A stretch of 64,000 nucleotides of DNA from Clostridia bacterium (GTDB lineage Bacteria; Bacillota; Clostridia; Oscillospirales; CAG-272). This document shows, one piece after another, positions 15,313-21,208 of the stretch (within the stretch, counting starts at the first letter, position 1; each line of letters opens with the position of its first letter). The position numbers and the translations under genes were made by a program. Where the stretch lies: assembly GCA_017441005.1 (NCBI GenBank), contig JAFSAM010000058.1, positions 8,311 to 72,310 of the forward strand, read 5' to 3'. The notes beneath the pieces were generated by a model. It made no database searches. It was not told the origin of the DNA and saw nothing but the letters and a program-made list of their open reading frames with translations.

Positions 15313-15837
15313 ATGAAGATTACAACCGTAGGAAGACAAATGGAAGTCACGAGCGATCTGAAGCAGCTATTTGAAGAAAAGGTCAAAAAATTTGACAAAT
15401 TCTTTAAAGATGAGGCGGAGGCAGTAGTCACCATTTCAAGAAAGAGAAACCTCGAGTGTCTTGAATTGATGATCACGGCAAACGGAACGCTCTTTAGAAG
15501 CGAGGAATCCGACAATACATTCCGTAACGCCCTTGATAAGGCAATCGACACGATCGAAAGACAGATCAGAAAAAATAAGACGAGACTTGAAAAGAGGTTT
15601 AAGGGAAGCAACTACGATATAGATGCTTTTGTTAACGGTGACGAGCTTGACGAGGAAGGAGAGTTTGACATCAGGGTAAAAACATTCTCTTTCAAGCCGA
15701 TGTCGGTTGAAGAGGCAATACTGCAGATGAATCTTCTTGAACATGAATTTTTTGTATTCACCAATATGGATACAGATGCAGTTAATGTTGTTTATAAGAG
15801 AAAGAACGGAGGATACGGTCTTATAGTTCCCGATTGA
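15313..15837 (+). CDS. hpf: Ribosome hibernation-promoting factor (long form)
   Basis: MKITTVGRQMEVTSDLKQLFEEKVKKFDKFF matches the HPF/RaiA N-domain, followed by a C-terminal dimerisation domain. ATG 15313 is 7 nt after AAGGTGG. Extended -10 TGATATAAT ends at 15228. Confidence 0.9.
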   Translation: MKITTVGRQMEVTSDLKQLFEEKVKKFDKFFKDEAEAVVTISRKRNLECLELMITANGTLFRSEESDNTFRNALDKAIDTIERQIRKNKTRLEKRFKGSNYDIDAFVNGDELDEEGEFDIRVKTFSFKPMSVEEAILQMNLLEHEFFVFTNMDTDAVNVVYKRKNGGYGLIVPD

Positions 15838-15851
15838 TATAAAAATAATTA

Positions 15852-15878
15852 CTGCCGCATTTTGCGGCAGTTTTTCTT
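15852..15878 (+). terminator. Rho-independent terminator of hpf
   Basis: CTGCCGC-ATTTT-GCGGCAG followed by TTTTTCTTTTT. Confidence 0.85.
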
Positions 15879-16088
15879 TTTGTTAAAATATTAAAAAAAT
15901 ATCAAAAAGAAGTAAAAAAGTATAAAAAATTAATCGTTTTTATCGATTTTTTTGAATTTTTAACAAAAATTCTTTTTTGCTATTTACAAAACCAATTAAA
16001 TATGTTACTATAGTATCGAATAAATCATTTGGTTTAAGTTACGTAAATCATTTAGTTTAAATAAATAGTTTGGGGGACAGTAATTACT

Positions 16089-17480
16089 ATGAAAACAAGA
16101 ATTGAAAAGGACTCTGTTGGAGCACTCGAAATACCGGTTGACGCATATTACGGTGTACAGTCGTACAGGGCTATGCTTAATTTCCCGATAACGGGAAAGA
16201 GAATGCACGCAGAAATGATCGCTTCGCTTGCTGAGGTGAAAAAGGCATCTGCAATCGCAAATCACATTGACGGCGGTCTTACCGATGATGTATATAAGGC
16301 AATTTGCGATGCATGCGACTACATAATTGCAGGAAATCTTCACGACCAGTTTATTTGTGACCCCATTCAGGGCGGTGCAGGTACTTCTGCAAATATGAAT
16401 GCAAATGAGGTCGTTGCAAATAAGGCTCTCGAGCTTCTCGGTCAGACAAAGGGTGACTATAAAATGGTTCATCCAAATGACCACGTAAACCTTTGCCAGT
16501 CTACCAATGACGTTTATCCCACGGCGGGTAAGCTCACAGCCCTCAAGCTTATTGATAAGATGCTTCCCAAGCTTGAGCATCTTCTCGAAGCACTTAACAG
16601 GAAGGCTGAAGAATACAAAGACATAATCAAGATGGGTAGAACACAGCTTCAGGATGCTGTTCCCGTAAGCCTCGGAGGCTCATTCAAGGCTTTTGCAAGT
16701 GCTATTAAGAGAGATATTGACAGAATCAAGAAGACCGCTGACGGCCTTAAGACCATCAATATGGCGGCAACTGCTGTAGGCTCTTGCATCAATGCAACCC
16801 AGGGCTACTACGATAACATTATGAAGTGTATGTGTGACGTTACGGGCTATGACTTTGTAAGATCTGAAGACCTTTACGACGGAACACAGAACCTTGATAC
16901 ATTCGTATACGTTTCGGGCGCGATCAAGGCTTGTGCCGTAAATATGTCAAAGATGTCCAATGACCTCCGCCTTATGTCGAGCGGTCCCAAGACGGGTCTC
17001 GGCGAGATAGTTCTTCCTCCCAGACAGAACGGTTCGTCTATTATGCCCGGTAAGATCAATCCCGTAATTCCCGAGGTTGTTTCCCAGGTTGCATTTAATA
17101 TAATCGGAAACGATATGACCATCACAATGGCTGCGGAAGCAGGTCAGCTTGAGCTTAATGCATTCGAGCCCGTGCTTTTCTATAATCTCTTTGAATCCAT
17201 CGAGACTCTCGGAAACGCCGCAGTAACTCTGGCAGACAACTGCATTGACGGAATCGTTGCTAATGCACAGACCTGTAAGAATTACGTAGAGAGAAGCGCA
17301 GGACTTGTAACAGCACTTTGTCCCGTGATCGGCTACGTAAAATCGGCAGACATTGCAAAGAAGATCATAGCTTCCGGCAAGACGGCAAAAGAATATCTCC
17401 TTGAGGAGGGAACCTTCTCCGAAAAGGAAATTGACGAAATGCTCGACCCCGTTAAGCTTGTATATCCGATCGAATTCTGA
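16089..17480 (+). CDS. aspA: Aspartate ammonia-lyase (class II fumarase/aspartase family)
   Basis: EKDSVGALEIPVDAYYGVQSYRA and the signature GSSIMPGKINPVIPE. NPV.PE is aspartase-like rather than the fumarase NPTQCE. Confidence 0.85.
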   Translation: MKTRIEKDSVGALEIPVDAYYGVQSYRAMLNFPITGKRMHAEMIASLAEVKKASAIANHIDGGLTDDVYKAICDACDYIIAGNLHDQFICDPIQGGAGTSANMNANEVVANKALELLGQTKGDYKMVHPNDHVNLCQSTNDVYPTAGKLTALKLIDKMLPKLEHLLEALNRKAEEYKDIIKMGRTQLQDAVPVSLGGSFKAFASAIKRDIDRIKKTADGLKTINMAATAVGSCINATQGYYDNIMKCMCDVTGYDFVRSEDLYDGTQNLDTFVYVSGAIKACAVNMSKMSNDLRLMSSGPKTGLGEIVLPPRQNGSSIMPGKINPVIPEVVSQVAFNIIGNDMTITMAAEAGQLELNAFEPVLFYNLFESIETLGNAAVTLADNCIDGIVANAQTCKNYVERSAGLVTALCPVIGYVKSADIAKKIIASGKTAKEYLLEEGTFSEKEIDEMLDPVKLVYPIEF

Positions 17481-17561
17481 TTAATATAATTATAATACTC
17501 CCGAGATTAGAATTAAAACACTTTTCTCGGGAGTTTTTATGTTAAAAATATATTTTACTAC

Positions 17562-17590
17562 TTGACATTCGTGAATGTTTTTGGTATAAT
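17562..17590 (+). promoter_or_regulatory. Sigma-A-type promoter of tRNA-Leu(CAA)
   Basis: TTGACA (17562-17567), 17 nt, TATAAT (17585-17590). Confidence 0.65.
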
Positions 17591-17611
17591 ATCGAATGTT
17601 GAAAAAATTAT

Positions 17612-17698
17612 GCCGGAATGATGGAATTGGCAGACGTGCTGGACTCAAAATCCAGTGGTAGCGATACCGTGCGGGTTCGACCCCCGCTTCCGGCACCA
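17612..17698 (+). tRNA. tRNA-Leu (anticodon CAA), CCA encoded
   Basis: Acceptor GCCGGAA/TTCCGGC. Anticodon stem CTGGA/TCCAG with loop CTCAAAA (CAA). Long variable arm, T-loop GGTTCGACCCC, discriminator A, CCA. Confidence 0.93.
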
Positions 17699-17700
17699 AA

Positions 17701-17743
17701 AAAGAAACACCATTTGTCTACCGGACAAATGGTGTTTCTTTTT
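17701..17743 (+). terminator. Rho-independent terminator after tRNA-Leu(CAA) (hairpin T1)
   Basis: AGAAACACCATTTGTC-TACCG-GACAAATGGTGTTTCT followed by TTTT. The core ATTTGTCTACCGGACAAAT (17712-17730) recurs at 18714-18732. Confidence 0.85.
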
Positions 17744-17747
17744 AACT

Positions 17748-17909
17748 AAATCCGTCCTTTCGGACGGGATAAATCCAATTGCGGTGGATGAAATCACTTC
17801 GTGATGAAATCCGACTTTGTCGGGAGATAAGGACGGATTTAATTTCATCTGCAAAGCAGATTTCATCCGAACGGAGGGAGGATTTCATCGCGCTTTGCGC
17901 GATTTCATT
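17748..17909. repeat. Array A: phased 9-mers (GATGAAATC and its complement GATTTCATC) interleaved with mini-palindromes
   Basis: GATGAAATC at 17787 and 17803. Complement copies at 17841 (AATTTCATC), 17859, 17881 and 17901 (GATTTCATT). Palindromes ATCAC-TTC-GTGAT (17793-17805), ATCTGC-AAA-GCAGAT (17847-17861) and ATCGCGC-TTT-GCGCGAT (17887-17903). AAATCCGTCC (17748-17757) is complementary to GGACGGATTT (17831-17840). Confidence 0.8.
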
Positions 17910-17936
17910 GAAAAGCATAACGTTTTATGATATAAT
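17908..17936 (+). promoter_or_regulatory. Sigma-A-type promoter of the four-helix-bundle gene
   Basis: TTGAAA (17908-17913, overlapping the last 9-mer), 17 nt, TATAAT (17931-17936). Confidence 0.55.
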
Positions 17937-17958
17937 TAAAGTCGAAGAGGTGACTTCA

Positions 17959-18306
17959 ATGGCAGAAAATAAATTGGCGGATTTATCAACAGAATTTGCA
18001 ATTCAAATCCTAAAACTAACAGAAAACATAAAAGGACACTATTCTTTGTCTAATCAACTTGAACGAAGCGGTACAAGTATAGGTGCAAATATCCGTGAGG
18101 CAAAATATGCGCACAGCCGTCCCGATTTCATCGCCAAGTTACAAATTGCCTTGAAGGAATGTTACGAAACAGAATACTGGATTGAGATTGCTCAAAAAGC
18201 AGGATTGATTTCTAATGATATGGCAAAGACTGTTCTGCATGATTGCGGATCTATTCGTAGAATGCTCATCTCCTCCATCAACACCGCAAAGGAGAATACG
18301 AAATGA
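17959..18306 (+). CDS. Four-helix-bundle protein (family of 23S rRNA intervening-sequence proteins / DGR Avd-like)
   Basis: MAENKLADLSTEFAIQILKLTENIKGHYSLSNQLERSGTSIGANIREA..FIAKLQIALKECYETEYWIE matches the conserved S.GANI.E and E..YW pattern of this family. ATG 17959 follows GAAGAGGTGA. The 60 upstream codons in the track ORF are array A read as protein. Confidence 0.8.
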   Translation: MAENKLADLSTEFAIQILKLTENIKGHYSLSNQLERSGTSIGANIREAKYAHSRPDFIAKLQIALKECYETEYWIEIAQKAGLISNDMAKTVLHDCGSIRRMLISSINTAKENTK

Positions 18307-18566
18307 TCGGTCCGATTGTAACGGTAACTATTGATAGACCGCTTGGGAGTTATCATCCTGATCATTTGGATATGTATTATCCTATAAATTATGGCTACAT
18401 TGAAGGAACAATGGCAGCAGATGGTGAAGAAGAGGATGCTTATATTTTAGGAGTGACTGAGCCTGTTTCTGAGTTCACCGGAAGAATTATAGCGATTATC
18501 AATCGCGAGAATGATATTGAGCATAAATGGGTAGTTGCACCGGATGGTATAACTTTCACGCGATAA
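18303..18566 (+). CDS. Small inorganic-pyrophosphatase-like protein, probably truncated by an in-frame TAA
   Basis: YPINYGYIEGTMAADGEEEDAYILG resembles the family I PPase core YP.NYG.IP.T...DGDP.D. ATGA overlap with the preceding gene. The frame continues open for 24 codons after TAA 18564-18566. Confidence 0.6.
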   Translation: MIGPIVTVTIDRPLGSYHPDHLDMYYPINYGYIEGTMAADGEEEDAYILGVTEPVSEFTGRIIAIINRENDIEHKWVVAPDGITFTR

Positions 18567-18709
18567 GAGATTGCAGAATTAACACATTTCCAAGAACAGT
18601 ATTTTAAGTCGACAATTTCCTTGCTATATAAGCAGTTTTAACCTGGTGTACTTTTGCTTACTTTTACCTGGGTTCTGCTTCGTTTGGTTACTCTTTCGCA
18701 ACATGAACG

Positions 18710-18743
18710 CCTGATTTGTCTACCAGACAAATCGGACTTTTTT
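18710..18743 (+). terminator. Terminator-like hairpin T2 (near copy of T1 core)
   Basis: CCTGATTTGTC-TACCA-GACAAATCGG followed by ACTTTTTT. The core at 18714-18732 is 18/19 identical to 17712-17730, loop included. Confidence 0.65.
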
Positions 18744-18745
18744 GA

Positions 18746-18879
18746 GTGATGCCTTCCTTCGGAACATGATGCACACCTTTGGTGCGTGATGTCGACTTTC
18801 GGTCTGTGATGCACACCTGCGGCGCGTGTGTGTAACGCATCGCATCACCTATCACAGCGCAGCTGCATCGCTTATCACT
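18746..18879. repeat. Array B: four exactly phased 20-bp tandem units (RTGATGY plus mini-hairpin), then inverted copies of the same word
   Basis: Units start at 18746, 18766, 18786 and 18806: GTGATGCCTTCCTTCGGAAC / ATGATGCACACCTTTGGTGC / GTGATGTCGACTTTCGGTCT / GTGATGCACACCTGCGGCGC. Inverted words are GCATCAC (18842-18848), TATCAC (18850-18855) and GCATCGCTTATCAC (18866-18879). Confidence 0.8.
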
Positions 18880-18971
18880 TGTTTGTTAAGCAAATGTATC
18901 GATCAGTTTAATTAATACTTATTCATCGAACAGATCTGTTACACCACGGGAATCATGCTTTTAGATACTGA

Positions 18972-19008
18972 AAATACCACGTTTGTCACATAGACAAACG
19001 TGGTATTT
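18972..19008. terminator. Hairpin T3, likely the terminator of the XRE gene (bidirectional)
   Basis: AAATACCACGTTTGTC-ACATA-GACAAACGTGGTATTT. Shares the TTTGTC-N5-GACAAA core with T1 and T2. Confidence 0.65.
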
Positions 19009-19037
19009 CTTTGAGATAGTCGTTATTGTGATATTTT

Positions 19038-19250
19038 TTAGTTGTTTCGTTTAGGGTTGTTGGTCTGTCCAAGCAAGTAATCTATGCTAACGTCATAAAA
19101 CTTAGATAGTTTGATCAGTATTGCTGTCGGAATATCATTTTCTCCGGTTTCGTATTTAGAGTAGCCGGTTTGCGACATACCAAGCATTTTTGCGACAGTT
19201 GTTTGGTTGAGTTGTTTATCTTCTCTAAGATCTCGTATTCTGTTATACAT
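19038..19250 (-). CDS. XRE-family helix-turn-helix transcriptional regulator (70 aa)
   Basis: RIRDLREDKQLNQTTVAKMLGMSQTGYSKYETGENDIPTAILIKLSKFYDVSIDYLLG is a canonical Cro/C1-type HTH. GGAGG RBS. Confidence 0.9.
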   Translation of the reverse strand: MYNRIRDLREDKQLNQTTVAKMLGMSQTGYSKYETGENDIPTAILIKLSKFYDVSIDYLLGQTNNPKRNN

Positions 19251-19303
19251 ATCATACCTCCGTTTTTCTTAAAAAATATTTTATAGTATCTATATGAGAG
19301 GTA

Positions 19304-19332
19304 TTGACTTTTAACCTAAAATAGGTTAAAAT
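19304..19332 (+). promoter_or_regulatory. Promoter of 19363-20322 with an embedded perfect palindromic operator
   Basis: TTGACT (19304-19309), 17 nt, TAAAAT (19327-19332). TTAACCT-AAAAT-AGGTTAA (19311-19329) fills the spacer and overlaps the -10. Confidence 0.6.
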
Positions 19333-19362
19333 GAAGAAAAATGTAGATATTGGAGGTTTCTT

Positions 19363-20322
19363 ATGAAATCATTTGTTTGTGAAATGTGCGGCGGAAATGA
19401 CATTGAAAAGGCAGACGGTATGTATGTTTGTAAGTCTTGCGGTACAAAGTTTACTCCGGAGGAAGCAAAAAAGCTTCTTGTTGAGGTAACAGTTAAACAG
19501 GATAACAGCGGAAAGATCGAGACCTTGCTTTCGGCAGCACAAAAAGCAAGGGAGTCGCAGAACTGGAAAAGTGCAGAAGTATATTATCAGGATCTTTTTG
19601 CCGAAGATCCCGACAACTGGGAAGCCGCTTACTTTTCTGTTTATGCAGTTTCTATGCAGTGTAAAATCGCGAATATTGCCTCCGCTTGTGCTAATTTGAC
19701 TAATGTTTTGTTAACTACTTTCAAGCTTATCGCTGAGAACGTTCCTGACGATCAGAAAGCAGAAGCCGTAAGTACTGTTGCTGCTTATACGTCTTCAATA
19801 AGTGATGTTATGTTTGAATCTGCATTGAGCCATCACATGGAGATCGATGCGTCGATTAAGAGTAAATATAACGGAGAATTGAAATCTCGTTTGGACAATG
19901 CTATGATATTAGCACTTACCTGCGGTGAAGCAATTGACGCTGTATTCGGTGACACCGAAATAGGCAAATATGCGGTCAAACCTATTTTGAAGGGACTTGG
20001 CTTTAATGGCAGACAATCATTTGTCGTTTGCTGTCCTACTCACGACTATGAAGAAAAGATGATTAGCATCGTTGAAAAATTCGATTCTTCTTCCGCAGAA
20101 CAACTCAAGGCTAAAAAGGCGAGCCGAGAAATGTTCGTTCTGAAATCGGGTATCGTTCTTGCAATTATTGGTGCAATTTGTATCTTCTGTGGATTTATGG
20201 TCGCAAAAGGTGGTTTCTGGACGTTTTTCCTCCGCTGGATGGGTTATTTCTTGGCAGCTTGGGGCGCAATTAAGGTCATTCTTTATGTGGTCACTATGGC
20301 GGGCAGAAAGAACAACTCCTGA
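19363..20322 (+). CDS. Zinc-ribbon membrane protein, unknown function
   Basis: N-terminal C-x2-C..C-x2-C ribbon (FVCEMCGG...YVCKSCGT). Helical middle part. Two C-terminal TM helices. GGAGG RBS. Divergent from the XRE gene. Confidence 0.75.
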   Translation: MKSFVCEMCGGNDIEKADGMYVCKSCGTKFTPEEAKKLLVEVTVKQDNSGKIETLLSAAQKARESQNWKSAEVYYQDLFAEDPDNWEAAYFSVYAVSMQCKIANIASACANLTNVLLTTFKLIAENVPDDQKAEAVSTVAAYTSSISDVMFESALSHHMEIDASIKSKYNGELKSRLDNAMILALTCGEAIDAVFGDTEIGKYAVKPILKGLGFNGRQSFVVCCPTHDYEEKMISIVEKFDSSSAEQLKAKKASREMFVLKSGIVLAIIGAICIFCGFMVAKGGFWTFFLRWMGYFLAAWGAIKVILYVVTMAGRKNNS

Positions 20323-20337
20323 TCAAAATATTATTTA

Positions 20338-20376
20338 ATCAGCATATCGTTTTTGCTTCGATATGCTGATTTTTTA
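20338..20376 (+). terminator. Rho-independent terminator
   Basis: ATCAGCATATCG pairs with CGATATGCTGAT, followed by TTTTT. Confidence 0.8.
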
Positions 20377-20424
20377 TTGATTTTTTTGTTTTTGAGTGAT
20401 AAAATAGAAAAAGAGGTGAAACTA

Positions 20425-21150
20425 ATGAGAAGAGAAAAAAATGGCGTTGCCATTGCCCACTGTGAGTGCGTTGATTCAACAAACAGAATTTTGCTTGAAA
20501 ACGGCAAAGCGCCGCATCTTTTTACGCTTGTAGCCGACAGACAGACGGGCGGCAGGGGACGAATGGGCAGAAAATATTTTTCCTATGAGGGCGGTCTTTA
20601 TATGTCTGTTGCCGTTTCTTTGGAAGAGCTAAATATTCCGATTCATCTTTGCACTCCGGTTGCATCTCTTGCTGTTTTTGATTCTTTAACCGAGGTTGGA
20701 TGTACCGATCTAAAGATTAAGTGGGTCAATGATATTTTAAGAAACGGCAAAAAAGTTTGTGGGATTCTCACAGAATGCCGTACCGAAGAAAACGGTATGA
20801 AAAATATAGTTATCGGTATAGGTATAAATCTGAAAGAACCTATTGAAGGCTTTCCAGAAGAAATAAAGGACAAAGCCGGATATGCCGATTATAACGATGA
20901 CAAAATGATTCTTGCAGAGTCAATTGTAAGAAAGATCGGCGATTATATTAAACTTGATAGTATCGAGCTTGTAAATAAGTATACTGAAAATTTGGCGTTC
21001 TTGGGTCAGACTGTTACTGTCACTGACTATAGTGACGGAAACAGACGTTTTGAAGCGGAATTGCTCGGTGTAAACAATGATTGCTTTATGCGTATACGCC
21101 TCAATGACGGAAGCGAAAGGCTTTTGTCGTCGGGGGAAATACTTTCATAA
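20425..21150 (+). CDS. birA: Biotin--[acetyl-CoA-carboxylase] ligase (group I, no N-terminal HTH)
   Basis: ADRQTGGRGRMGRKYFS (GRGR.GR biotin-ligase signature). KWVNDIL..GKKVCGIL. ATG 20425 follows AGAGGTGA; the track TTG 20353 lies inside the terminator. Confidence 0.88.
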   Translation: MRREKNGVAIAHCECVDSTNRILLENGKAPHLFTLVADRQTGGRGRMGRKYFSYEGGLYMSVAVSLEELNIPIHLCTPVASLAVFDSLTEVGCTDLKIKWVNDILRNGKKVCGILTECRTEENGMKNIVIGIGINLKEPIEGFPEEIKDKAGYADYNDDKMILAESIVRKIGDYIKLDSIELVNKYTENLAFLGQTVTVTDYSDGNRRFEAELLGVNNDCFMRIRLNDGSERLLSSGEILS

Positions 21151-21165
21151 AAAATATTGAATGCA

Positions 21166-21198
21166 AAAAGGGATATGGTTTTGAGCCATATCCCTTTT
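21166..21198. terminator. Bidirectional terminator between birA and the decarboxylase operon
   Basis: AAAAGGGATATGG-TTTTGAG-CCATATCCCTTTT. Confidence 0.8.
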
Positions 21199-21208
21199 AG
21201 TATGATTT

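Noticed and set aside
17712-17730. T1/T2/T3 hairpins as operators of the XRE regulator
   Set aside because: The XRE-controlled promoter carries a different perfect palindrome (TTAACCT-N5-AGGTTAA at 19311-19329). The TTTGTC-N5-GACAAA hairpins are followed by T-runs and sit at gene ends, so their primary reading is as terminators.
17779-17958. 60-codon N-terminal extension of the four-helix-bundle ORF
   Set aside because: The extension is repeat array A read as protein (ISSAKQISS, FIALCAIS arise from palindromes). It starts upstream of the promoter at 17908-17936. A good RBS precedes the internal ATG at 17959, where family similarity begins.
18668-18695. Degenerate remnant of the tRNA-Leu(CAA) 3' end upstream of hairpin T2
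   Set aside because: Only GGGTTC and GCTTC match, with gaps, which is within chance for this length. It would fit the att-duplication idea but is not supported well enough to claim.
18716-18846. 43-aa Arg/Cys/His-rich ORF on the minus strand (MRCVTHTRRRCASQTESRHH...)
   Set aside because: It has no usable RBS spacing. Its sequence is a by-product of translating array B and hairpin T2.
18746-18879. CRISPR array
   Set aside because: The units are only 20 bp with no alternation of conserved repeat and unique spacer. There are only four copies, and no cas genes or leader. I treat it as a distinct tandem/inverted repeat array instead.
18885-18891. Integron attC / gene-cassette interpretation of the hairpin arrays
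   Set aside because: There is a single GTTAAGC (GTTRRRY-like) match, no paired R''/L'' boxes, and no intI integrase. Integrons are essentially unknown in this lineage.
17699-20400. Prophage or ICE remnant
   Set aside because: There is no integrase, recombinase, transposase, relaxase, or capsid, tail or terminase gene anywhere in the window. The only phage-flavoured element is the XRE regulator. I therefore describe it as a small tRNA-adjacent islet of unknown origin.
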